Positions 13,501-21,102 are shown, numbered from the stretch's first letter. The stretch is 38,539 bases of DNA from Myxococcota bacterium (GCA_041288095.1 JBGGMJ010000055.1:1-38539); one strand, 5' to 3'. Notes: generated from the letters alone by a model not told the origin. Numbers and translations are program-made.

Positions 13501-13629
13501 AACAAGCCGGGCAGCGGCACCCAGCGGTCGCGCTCGGACTACGCCAAGAGCATCGGGGTGGTGCGTTCGTTCCTCGCGGATCCCGACCGGGGATTAGAAC
13601 GGCTCTATGAGATCATCGCAAATCGCTAG
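10519..13629 (+). CDS. Large (1036 aa) predicted lipoprotein of unknown function
   Basis: Long ORF with host-like GC3 bias; signal ARRGLLG + hydrophobic core + lipobox-like ALA-C29; mostly amphipathic helical-looking sequence; no recognisable catalytic motif. Confidence 0.85.
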   Translation: MDHARHPSPARRGLLGVLGPCLVFMALACAPEMDTTRIAREDPSVGAAIYREMCQRVAVGEDPTLVAGHPTCLRNLEPAAEDGPRLKALFLQRDRLISEANAALGAPVGAAVRDMLEQMLPLYDDGTMREATDTMQTWLAGLEQDTEALGALERIAKRDGYVQPNLTPGFMRVIMSFEGTGKLLASSLEAITTTEAGTVTLANALSVLQPELIDAFDEEDDASHSWYVLRDFLETYDPELDNQTARYIVQRDERGMAMTVGGAQVSGTPFPLARVSRAEHRDQFGRLLDGGGDLVYRYNNVEGTVLAGLTREVARISKTAPGAIGQLLRPGALLLGPPRARSATYSTGQVRFGGFDTTRSPLLDLAYVGGIVAKRDTLLPALTAWQELARRDERALAAGTQALSVALQMLRKQPYANYALEDDTSMAEDLLEVVVEILREPGLIESLLDAFEDPRVANLSPTIARYLEFKDLIDYNPQNLNGPPTGSMQTPVDRTRPDLRNNRSIFQRFIHLMFDARHARLCNKEGAYVTMLGVSYPFFGDGYAECELTQIDDIAIFHTESIIGKAVVTIKDSTLAAVATHSLIEYESGIDGFGLYPTSESLDRFVFAPYNSYLAGLYDAVPTWDGVPLKSRHNGTIFSWELEGFYGNLAPIIQAFYDHGRIDLFVDLFGTLHKHYGSRDSDFVQSDDPDAYLYAPNTGIVRFEPVIAEAVATNPLAGIGRALTALKAINVGGVDGRARVLALLRSLILPELNAGLTTRAGRSYTVRNDGQTVVNITPMLLLVDALRNVDAALKLDPELSSAMGDGLKGVVGGLLDSNGQRMASSDTAPLAARILGFVQERLQAHATAGDLNAWADGMDERLQEVLDQPLVQTMVPLGALLMRDPEARAEVDALLQHLVTNDSYTSTIQGLADALQLLDDETDLRPLARSLAVAADPKNGMIQRGIAMMQAMGVRDTGSALPQLLTRLVTHPEDDRNAETPMEALMDIMLEVNRNKPGSGTQRSRSDYAKSIGVVRSFLADPDRGLERLYEIIANR

Positions 13630-15121
13630 GTCTTGCGACGATGCATCCCGCCCCGCGGCGTTGTCGGCTGCGGGCGCTCCTCACGTATTACGACATACGC
13701 TGCGGTGCGTCCTCGCCTCCGCCTTGCGTGGCGGGCGCCTCGCCGCAAGACCGATAGCGCTGTCCCTTGTGATCCTTCTGTCCGCCGAAGCGTACGCAGC
13801 GGGTCTATTCATCGCGCCGCGTGGTGTGCGCCCCTTGGGTCGTGGCGGCGCCTTCGTAGCCGGCGCCGATGACGTTCACGCGCTCACTTACAATCCGGCG
13901 GGCCTCGCGTTCGCGAAGAACCAGGTGCTCTTCGACCTCTCGCTCAACTTCTACAACGTCGACTTCACGCGGCGCGTGACCGCCGACAGCGAGCCACTGC
14001 CGACGGTCAGCGGCGAAGGCCTGAAGCTACCGCTCCCGAATATCGGCTTCGTGCACGACTTCGGCCTCGGGCCGATGTTCACTTTTGGCGGCAGTCTCGG
14101 CGCCGACATACCGGGCTTGCAAAGCTGGCCGTCGCAGCTCCCGGACGGCAGCCCCGCGCCCCAGCGTTACGCCATCGAGGATTACAAGGGCACCGCCATC
14201 GTGAAGCTCGCGGCCGGCGGCGCCGTCCGCCCAATCCCGCAGCTCTCCATCGGCATGTCGCTGCAGGCGATGGTCGGTACCTTCGCCGACACCAAGACGG
14301 TCTCCGCCTGCGACGGCGTCATCTGCACCCAAGCGGAAGATCCGCTGCACGACACGCGCATCCAGCTGGTCGCCAAGCACATCTTCGCGCCGGGCATCCA
14401 CTTCGGAGTCATCGGTGCGCCGACGGAGTGGCTCCGAGTCGGCGTTGCCTGGGAGAGCGGCTATCACCTCAGCAAGAAGGGCGATCTCCGGGTGCGCCTG
14501 CCCGCCGCGGGTGAATACGACGCCGCGACACTCTCGGCTGATCCCAAGGCGATCTGCGAGCTCGACATGCCATGGTCGCTGCGTTTGGGAATCGAAGGGC
14601 GCAACGACCTCGTGCGCGTCGAATTTTCCGCGGTGCACGACCACTGGTCGACCTTCGACCGCGTCACCATCAAGCCGCAGGACGTGCGGATCAACGATGT
14701 CCTCGCCATCGGCGACTACCGCTTGGCCGACATGTTCATGGAGCCACGCTTCCGCGACATCTGGTCGTTCCGCCTAGGCTCGGAATGGACGCCCGAGATC
14801 GGCGGCACCCGCGACCTGGTGCTGCGCCTGGGCGGCTTCTACGAACCCTCCGCTATTCCGGACGAGCGTCTGAGCCCGGAGTGGGTCGACTTCGACAAGC
14901 TCTTCATCACCGGCGGCGCCGGCTACAGGTTCGGCAAGGTAGCGATCGACGGCACCTTCGCCTACGGCATCCTGGAGAGCCGCAGCATTCGCAACAGCGA
15001 GGTCTTCCAGCTCAACCCCTTGCGGCCGGCCTTCGCGGGGCGAACCACGCTCGGCAACGGCGATTACAGCGGAAGTGACTTCATCATTGGCCTGTCGCTG
15101 CGCTATTTCCTCGGCGAATGA
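13607..15121 (+). CDS. FadL/OmpP1/TodX-family outer-membrane beta-barrel (hydrophobic compound transporter)
   Basis: Signal peptide ending AYA|AG; hatch motif GVRPLGRGGAFVAGADD..ALTYNPAGLA; alternating beta-strands; terminal LSLRYF. Start uncertain (ATG 13607 or TTG 13724). Confidence 0.85.
   Translation: MRSSQIARSCDDASRPAALSAAGAPHVLRHTLRCVLASALRGGRLAARPIALSLVILLSAEAYAAGLFIAPRGVRPLGRGGAFVAGADDVHALTYNPAGLAFAKNQVLFDLSLNFYNVDFTRRVTADSEPLPTVSGEGLKLPLPNIGFVHDFGLGPMFTFGGSLGADIPGLQSWPSQLPDGSPAPQRYAIEDYKGTAIVKLAAGGAVRPIPQLSIGMSLQAMVGTFADTKTVSACDGVICTQAEDPLHDTRIQLVAKHIFAPGIHFGVIGAPTEWLRVGVAWESGYHLSKKGDLRVRLPAAGEYDAATLSADPKAICELDMPWSLRLGIEGRNDLVRVEFSAVHDHWSTFDRVTIKPQDVRINDVLAIGDYRLADMFMEPRFRDIWSFRLGSEWTPEIGGTRDLVLRLGGFYEPSAIPDERLSPEWVDFDKLFITGGAGYRFGKVAIDGTFAYGILESRSIRNSEVFQLNPLRPAFAGRTTLGNGDYSGSDFIIGLSLRYFLGE
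13624..13759. repeat. Nested palindromic element (MITE/REP-like structured repeat)
   Basis: Terminal IR CGCTA-GGTCTTGCG (13624-13637) / CGCAAGACC-ga-TAGCG (13744-13759); inner arms CCCGCC/GGCGGG, GGCG/CGCC, GGGCGC/GCGTCC; apical CGTAT-tacgac-ATACG. Confidence 0.7.
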
Positions 15122-16587
15122 AGCGCACCCTCGTCCTCGTAGCCCTGCTCACCGGAGCTTGCGGCGGCAACAGTCGTCCCGCGGTGACCCGCCTGTCGCA
15201 AGAAGCGACCGCCACCGATCCCAAGATCGAGGCCTGCGACCTGCAGCTCTCCGACGGCAAGCTGCCATCGAGCTGCGGTACCCTGGTCGCGCCCGAGCTC
15301 CGTGGCGACGCCGAGAGCGTGACCCTGCGCATTCCGTTCCAGCGGACGAAGGCCGGGGCGGGCACGGCAATCCTCTATATCGGCGACGGGCCCGGCAGCT
15401 CGGCGTATCAGTTCATGCCCCCGAGCGCGCTCGTGCAAGGCCGCGAGCTCCTCATCGTCGGCGCTCGCGGCATCGACGGCGGCCGTTCCCTCGATTGCCC
15501 GGAGGTCGGCCAAGCGTTGCGGGAGCCGAGCGATACCTGGGGCGACGCGGTCCCGCGAGCCTTCGCCAACTGCATGAACCGCTACAAGGCGGATGGCGTG
15601 CGCCTCTTGGGCTACGGCATCCTCGAGCGCGTCGCCGATCTCGAGCAAGCGCTCGTCACCAACGGCCTCACCCGCGTCCACCTGGTCGCCGACGGCTTCG
15701 GCTCCATCACCGCGTTGACCTTCGCGCGCCTGCATCCCGAGCAGGTGGATCGCATCGTCTTGCTGGCGCCGACTCCCGCCGATCAACCGGTCGGCAGCAG
15801 CAAGGACAGCGCGCGCGTCCTCAACGCTTACGATGCGAGCGCCGAAGCGGCGGTGCGCGACACCAACCTTCCGGCGCGCTGGATGATGTACGCCATTGAC
15901 CGCGATCGCGTACGCATGGCCACGGCGTTGCAGCTCGCATATCGGCGTGGCGCGCTCGCTTCGGTGGGGGCCTGGCGTGACGCCGCCCGGGGAGACTTCG
16001 CCGGGATCGGGCAGATCAGCTGGGGCGCCGATGTCGTCCTCGGCAGCAGCTTCGTGTGGGGCGAAGTCGTGCCGGCGCTCGCGAGCCTCGATCCATCGGG
16101 CGTCGATATGGTCGACGGCGACCCTGTGCTGCCCTCCGCGACGCTGGTGACGGCGCTCGGCGGCCTCGGTCTCGTGTCGCTCGCGGTGCCCGAGTTTCCG
16201 GCGCTGCCGACGGCCCCGGTCGACAAGCCCGTGCTCGTCATCCACGGCGAGCTCGATCCGCGCTACTCGCCGGAGACCACGGTCGCCGCCATGCAACGCG
16301 AGCTCGCACACCCAGTTTTCGCCCGCATCGCGGGGTATGGGTCGCCGAGCGAGCTCTGGGCGGTCGCTCCCGGTCTCCTCGCCAACACCATCACGACCTT
16401 CCTCGACGGTGGCGCGGCGCCGAGTGACCTCGCCCCACCGCTCTCACCCGAAGGCATGAGTCTTGCGACCATGGCCAAGCTCACCGTGACCGCGATGGCG
16501 GCCTTTCCGGTGGCTGGCGCCCTACTGGTGTTGCTGCTGCTCCGGCGCACCCGCCGCACCATGAAACGCGACGCAGCGCGGCAGTAA
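15118..16587 (+). CDS. Alpha/beta-hydrolase-fold lipoprotein (TAP-like peptidase relative), catalytically degenerate, with C-terminal TM helix
   Basis: Lipobox LTGA-C15; CGTLVAPE, GDGPGS, GARG.DGG..LDCP, VLVIHGELDP; elbow reads ADGFG instead of GxSxG; C-terminal hydrophobic stretch followed by RRTRR; ATGA overlap with the FadL-like gene. Confidence 0.8.
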   Translation: MKRTLVLVALLTGACGGNSRPAVTRLSQEATATDPKIEACDLQLSDGKLPSSCGTLVAPELRGDAESVTLRIPFQRTKAGAGTAILYIGDGPGSSAYQFMPPSALVQGRELLIVGARGIDGGRSLDCPEVGQALREPSDTWGDAVPRAFANCMNRYKADGVRLLGYGILERVADLEQALVTNGLTRVHLVADGFGSITALTFARLHPEQVDRIVLLAPTPADQPVGSSKDSARVLNAYDASAEAAVRDTNLPARWMMYAIDRDRVRMATALQLAYRRGALASVGAWRDAARGDFAGIGQISWGADVVLGSSFVWGEVVPALASLDPSGVDMVDGDPVLPSATLVTALGGLGLVSLAVPEFPALPTAPVDKPVLVIHGELDPRYSPETTVAAMQRELAHPVFARIAGYGSPSELWAVAPGLLANTITTFLDGGAAPSDLAPPLSPEGMSLATMAKLTVTAMAAFPVAGALLVLLLLRRTRRTMKRDAARQ

Positions 16588-16661
16588 ATGGGGACAGCTA
16601 CCATTTTCGTCAGGGTGCGATACTCAGCCCGTTTTCGAAAATGGTAGCTGTCCCCATTTAC
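16584..16661. repeat. REP doublet (REPIN-like) / MITE with perfect 26-bp inverted repeat
   Basis: GTAAATGGGGACAGCTACCATTTTCG (16584-16609) and its exact reverse complement (16636-16661), 26-nt spacer; each arm has an internal AAATGG...CCATTT hairpin. Confidence 0.85.
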
Positions 16662-16669
16662 CCCCCTCC

Positions 16670-16698
16670 TTGCCTAGCCGCGGCGCGTCGCGCATAGT
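16670..16698 (+). promoter_or_regulatory. Putative sigma-70 promoter for tatA
   Basis: TTGCCT-N17-CATAGT, followed by SD GAGGTG before ATG 16721. Confidence 0.55.
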
Positions 16699-16720
16699 CC
16701 CCTGAAGACGAGGTGTCGCA

Positions 16721-16906
16721 ATGTTTGGTCTCGGAACCTCAGAGCTGCTCATCATCTTGGTCATCGTCATGCTGGTCTTCGGCGCCTCGCGTCTCCCTCA
16801 GCTCGGCCGCGGCCTCGGTGAAGGCATGCGCAGCTTCAAAGACGCCATCAAGGGCGAGGACAAGTCGGCCGCGAACCCTCCAGATCAATCGAAGAAAGAG
16901 GCATGA
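16721..16906 (+). CDS. tatA: Twin-arginine translocase TatA/TatE subunit
   Basis: MFGLGTSELLIILVIVMLVFGASRLPQLGRGLGEGMRSFK: TM + FG hinge + amphipathic helix. Confidence 0.95.
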   Translation: MFGLGTSELLIILVIVMLVFGASRLPQLGRGLGEGMRSFKDAIKGEDKSAANPPDQSKKEA

Positions 16907-17088
16907 GCAGCGGTGACGTCCGCGTTCAGTGCCCCTACTGCTTCCAGATCATCGACCTCTCGCTCGACCCCGAAACCCGTGGCGTGACCATCCAGGACTG
17001 TGAGGTCTGCTGCAGGCCGTGGCAGCTCACCGTGAAGCGCCGCAAGCGGGACGGGCGGTTGCTCGTGCGCGTGGAGCGCGCCCAGTAA
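16903..17088 (+). CDS. CPXCG-motif cysteine-rich (Zn-ribbon) small protein
   Basis: VQCPYC...QDCEVCCRPW; ATGA-coupled to tatA. Confidence 0.88.
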   Translation: MSSGDVRVQCPYCFQIIDLSLDPETRGVTIQDCEVCCRPWQLTVKRRKRDGRLLVRVERAQ

Positions 17089-17093
17089 TTAGC

Positions 17094-18893
17094 TCAGCGT
17101 GCCCGCACCGTGATCCCCGCCAGCTCTAGCACCTTGAGAGCGTTGGTCGTGTCGACGACGCCGGGTCGCAGCTTGTAGTCGAAAGCCATCTTCCCTTCGG
17201 CCAGCTGATCGCGGAAGTGCGCGTTGACCACGCGTCCCTGCGTTTCGGCCTCGAGCGTCGTGAGATCGAGATCGTGCGTGGTGATGACGCCGATGGCCCC
17301 CGTCTCGAGCAGGCGGCCGACGATTTCGCGCGAGGCGAGCTGCCGCTCACGGGTGTTGGTGCCGAGCAGGAGCTCGTCGAGCAAGAACAGGCAGGCGCCG
17401 GCGTGGTCGCGCGCGAGGTCCAGCACGAGCTTGAGACGTTGCACCTCGGCGTAGAAGAACGAAACGCCCCGCTCCAGCGAATCCTCGACGCGCATGCTGG
17501 TAGCGAGCTGCAGCACCGCGACTCGCATGCTCTGGGCGATCACCGGCGCTCCCGCCAACGCGAGGACGACATTGACGCCGATAGCGCGCAGCAACGTGCT
17601 CTTGCCGGACATGTTCGAGCCCGTAAGCAGCAGCGCGTGTCCGCTGCCGCGGATGTCGACGTCGTTCGCCACGGCCGCCTCGAGCAACGGATGCGCGAGC
17701 CCGCGTGCCGAAACCAGCGGCTCACGCGATTCGATCTCGGGAAACACCGCCGCGGGATGCTCGGCCGCGAAGCCCGCCAACGCGCATAGCGCCTCGATCT
17801 CGGCGAGCCCCGAAACCCACGCCGCTGCCTGTCCACCAAAGCGGTCGCGCCAGTCGGAGATGCGAAAGAGCATCACCAGATCCCACAGCAGCAAGACGTT
17901 CAAGACCGGCCCCAGTTGGCTGCGTCTCGCCTCGGCGAAGCCGTACCAGAAGTCGAGCTTCGCCAAGGCTCGCGACGCCGGCAGCGTGCCGCTGCCACCG
18001 CGCCGGAGCTCGAGCAAATGCGCTTCTTCGAAGGCCTCGGTCTCGAGACGCGCGAACGTTTGCCGCAAGCGGCCAAGACTGCGATCGGCGATGGCGATGC
18101 TCACGAAGAAGCGCGCGAGCGCGCCGCGCACCGCTCCCGCCACCAAGAGCTGCACCAGGAACGCCGCGATGGGCACGAGCCGCGGCACCCACCCCTCACG
18201 CGACGCGAGGTACGTGAGCAGCGTCAAGGGTACCAACACGTACGGTAGCCAACGCGCCCAGCGAATCGCCGTTAGCCCCACCGAGCCATCTCCGGCCCAG
18301 CGCACCAGCGCCGCGGGGTCGACCTTGTCGTCACCCTCCGCCGCGGCCGCGACCGCCAGCTCGCGACGGAAGGCGAGCCGGGGCGCGAGTGCTTTGACGG
18401 CGCCCTGACGGATCTGAATCGTCTTCGGGTCCGCCGGCGAGGCGAGCCAAGTCGCGAGCCGCTCTTCTCCCGAACGGGTCGGCGTTTCGTTGAGCAGCTG
18501 AAAGAGCGAGGCCTGCCCGAAGATGTCGAGGTCGCGGGCGTACGGGTGGCCCGGGGGGGCGTAGGCTTTCCCGTCGCGCGGCGCCGTCTGCCAGGTGCCG
18601 CCGACGCGGGAGAGCAGGCGGTCGTCATACGCGACCGCCGCTCGACCACGACGCTCACGATCATCGACTCCCCGGTGCACGAAAATGAGCACGACATAGG
18701 CGAGAGCTGCCGCGGCCACCCCATAGGGCGCCCACGCGCCAACCTTGCCGAGCAATGCCGCGATGCCGAGCGCCGTGGCCGCCACGAAAACCACCAGGCG
18801 CGCGTTGGCCACGAGCCAGGAGTGACGGCCGAGCAGGGTCAATCGACCTTTAATAGCGGCGCGGTGCGCGCGAGTTTCGCCTGCGATGTCCAT
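17094..18893 (-). CDS. MutS-family domain V ATPase with N-terminal transmembrane helices (not the canonical mismatch-repair MutS1)
   Basis: Walker A GSNMSGKST, SFFYAEV.RLK, Walker B LLDELLLGTN, TTHD, FDYKLRPG; DLDIFG..SLFQ; several hydrophobic segments; no mismatch-binding domain. Confidence 0.9.
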   Translation of the reverse strand: MDIAGETRAHRAAIKGRLTLLGRHSWLVANARLVVFVAATALGIAALLGKVGAWAPYGVAAAALAYVVLIFVHRGVDDRERRGRAAVAYDDRLLSRVGGTWQTAPRDGKAYAPPGHPYARDLDIFGQASLFQLLNETPTRSGEERLATWLASPADPKTIQIRQGAVKALAPRLAFRRELAVAAAAEGDDKVDPAALVRWAGDGSVGLTAIRWARWLPYVLVPLTLLTYLASREGWVPRLVPIAAFLVQLLVAGAVRGALARFFVSIAIADRSLGRLRQTFARLETEAFEEAHLLELRRGGSGTLPASRALAKLDFWYGFAEARRSQLGPVLNVLLLWDLVMLFRISDWRDRFGGQAAAWVSGLAEIEALCALAGFAAEHPAAVFPEIESREPLVSARGLAHPLLEAAVANDVDIRGSGHALLLTGSNMSGKSTLLRAIGVNVVLALAGAPVIAQSMRVAVLQLATSMRVEDSLERGVSFFYAEVQRLKLVLDLARDHAGACLFLLDELLLGTNTRERQLASREIVGRLLETGAIGVITTHDLDLTTLEAETQGRVVNAHFRDQLAEGKMAFDYKLRPGVVDTTNALKVLELAGITVRAR

Positions 18894-19044
18894 CGACTCA
18901 GGCGTTTATCAAAACTCTGCGATCAGAGCAGTGTTGCACGATGTGGGTGGGGTCCTTATTGTGGAGGGCTTAGGGTGGGGGAATATGACTAGCATAGCTA
19001 CGACCAGCTATCGCGCCGCTGGCGCGATGCCTGTAAGTAACGGC

Positions 19045-20460
19045 ATGGCCGGCACCTCGAATAACACCGCGACCAGCACCAGCTTGGGTCGGGTGCTGCT
19101 CGTGGACGACGATCGCAGCATGTGCGAGGCCCTCGCCTCCGGTCTGTCCAAGCGCAACTTCGAAGTCGCCTGGGAGACCGATCCGAGCAAGGCCACCGGC
19201 CGGCTCGCGAACGAAGAGTTCGACGTCGTCGTCTCTGATCTACGGATGCCGCAGATCGATGGGATCGCGCTGTGTCGGCAAATCACCGAACAGCGGCCCG
19301 ACCTGCCCGTCGTCGTCGTGACCGCTTTCGGCAGCTTCGACTCGGCCATCGAGGCGATCCGCGCCGGCGCCTACGACTTCGTCACCAAGCCCTTCGAGCT
19401 CGACAGCATGGCCCTGACGCTCGAGCGCGCGAGCAAGCACCGCCACCTGCGCGAAGAAGTCCGTCGCCTGCGTCGCGCCGTCGACGAGAATCGCTTCAGC
19501 GGCACGTTGGTTGGCGAGAGCGCTTCCATGAAGCGCGTCTACGACATCATGTCACGCGTCGCCGAGACCGATGCGACGGTGCTGATCACCGGCGAGTCGG
19601 GAACCGGCAAAGAGCGGGTTGCCAGCGAGCTGCACCGCTTGAGCAAGCGCAATCAAGGGCAGTTCGTAGCCATCAACTGCGCCGCCATGCCGGAAGCCCT
19701 CCTCGAGAGTGAGCTCTTCGGTCATACCAAGGGCGCCTTCACCGACGCCCGCGTGTCGCGTGACGGTCTCTTCGTTCAAGCCAACGGCGGCACCCTGCTG
19801 CTCGACGAAATCGGCGACATGCCGCTCTCGCTGCAGCCCAAGCTCTTGCGTGCTCTGCAAGAGCGCTCCGTGCGCCCGCTTGGCAGCAACACCGAAAAGC
19901 CGATCAACGTGCGCGTCATCGCGGCGACCAACAAGGATCTCGACGAGCTAGTCGAGCGCGGCACCTTCCGCGAAGACTTGCTCTATCGCTTGAAGGTCAT
20001 CGAGGTGGCGATCCCGCCGCTGCGTGGCCGCGGCAACGACGTGCTCCTGCTCGCGCAGCGCTTCGTCGAGGGCTTCGCCAAGCAAATGAGCAAAGGCGTC
20101 GTCGGCATCACCACGCCGGCGGCCGAGCGGCTACTCTCCTACAGCTGGCCGGGCAACGTCCGCGAGCTGCAGAATTGCATCGAGCGCGCAGTGGTGCTCA
20201 CGCAGCACGACCGCATCACCGTCGAAGATCTGCCCGACAGCGTCCGCGATCACAAAGCGACACGCGTCATTCTCGACGCCGAAGATCCGAGCGAGCTGCC
20301 AACCCTCGACAAGGTCGAGCAGCGCTACATCGAGCGCGTCATCCAAGCGGTCGGCGGCAACAAGCGCATGGCGGCCCGCATCTTGGGCATCGACCGCAAG
20401 ACGCTGTATCGCCGCCTAGAGCGCTACGGCGTGGCGACGACCGACAGCGACATGGAGTAG
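19045..20460 (+). CDS. Sigma-54-dependent response regulator (REC-AAA+-Fis HTH; NtrC/AtoC family)
   Basis: LLVDDD, SDLRMP, GESGTGKE, ESELFGH.KGAFTDA, LLDEIGDM, FREDLLYRL, WPGNVREL, AARILGIDRKTLYRRL. Start uncertain (18985/19027/19045). Confidence 0.95.
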   Translation: MAGTSNNTATSTSLGRVLLVDDDRSMCEALASGLSKRNFEVAWETDPSKATGRLANEEFDVVVSDLRMPQIDGIALCRQITEQRPDLPVVVVTAFGSFDSAIEAIRAGAYDFVTKPFELDSMALTLERASKHRHLREEVRRLRRAVDENRFSGTLVGESASMKRVYDIMSRVAETDATVLITGESGTGKERVASELHRLSKRNQGQFVAINCAAMPEALLESELFGHTKGAFTDARVSRDGLFVQANGGTLLLDEIGDMPLSLQPKLLRALQERSVRPLGSNTEKPINVRVIAATNKDLDELVERGTFREDLLYRLKVIEVAIPPLRGRGNDVLLLAQRFVEGFAKQMSKGVVGITTPAAERLLSYSWPGNVRELQNCIERAVVLTQHDRITVEDLPDSVRDHKATRVILDAEDPSELPTLDKVEQRYIERVIQAVGGNKRMAARILGIDRKTLYRRLERYGVATTDSDME

Positions 20461-20495
20461 GGAGCACCGCGGGCTTGTCACGGGGCTCGGCCTAC

Positions 20496-20948
20496 TCACG
20501 CGATGAGCGCGCGAGCAATGGTCTCGCGTAGCTCGTCCACCTCGAAGGGCTTTCGCAGCATGGCGATGGCGCCATAACGGTGTGCCCGCGCTTCGGTCAC
20601 GTTGTCGCGGTAGCCGGTCATCAGAATGACCGGCGTATCGAGCCCCGCCTCCTGCATGATCGCCAAAGCGGTCAGACCGCTGCAGCCGGGCATGTGATTG
20701 TCGGTGATGACGAGGTCGGGGACGGCGTTGCCATGTTTGGCGCTGCCGAGCGCGGCGATGAGCGCGTTTCCACTCTCGACTTCGGCGACTCGCAGTCCGA
20801 GGCGCGCCAAGGTCTTCACGAGGGCGGTGCGAAAATCAGAGTCGTCGTCGGCAACGAGCACCAGCGGTTGCACCAGCACTTCGTCGTGGTCCTTGGCCTC
20901 GTCGCGCGCGGGGCTTTCGCCGTTCACGACATCTACGCGGGCGAGCAT
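20496..20948 (-). CDS. Single-domain response regulator (REC)
   Basis: LVADDD, ITDNHMPG, LMTG, RKPF; strong SD AAGGAG. Confidence 0.92.
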   Translation of the reverse strand: MLARVDVVNGESPARDEAKDHDEVLVQPLVLVADDDSDFRTALVKTLARLGLRVAEVESGNALIAALGSAKHGNAVPDLVITDNHMPGCSGLTALAIMQEAGLDTPVILMTGYRDNVTEARAHRYGAIAMLRKPFEVDELRETIARALIA

Positions 20949-20991
20949 TGTCCTACTCCTTCAATCCGTGCGGTTCGTTACAGCAGCACGC

Positions 20992-21007
20992 AGCAAGTCG
21001 CGGGCCA
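20992..21007 (-). promoter_or_regulatory. Sigma-54 -24/-12 promoter (REC gene)
   Basis: TGGCCCGCGACTTGCT, GG-N10-GC. Confidence 0.7.
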
Positions 21008-21102
21008 AGCGGTGATTTCCCTGGAACGGCCGCAGGTTGAGGCCCCTAGACCCACCCAACATTCCTCCATTGACCCTGTTCTTGGGTTATCTTGCCACCC
21101 AC

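Noticed and set aside
16584-16661. Possible CRISPR repeat-spacer unit
   Set aside because: Only two copies, inverted rather than direct, and no cas genes.
17094-18893. Calling the gene mutS (mismatch repair)
   Set aside because: Lacks mismatch-recognition, connector and clamp domains and has TM helices; only the ATPase domain is shared.
18886-19044. N-terminal extension of the EBP in the ORF track (likewise the extensions from 24908, 22192, 21037 and 23527)
   Set aside because: These extensions run through promoter/intergenic sequence or neighbouring genes; downstream ATGs fit domain starts and SD or promoter positions better.
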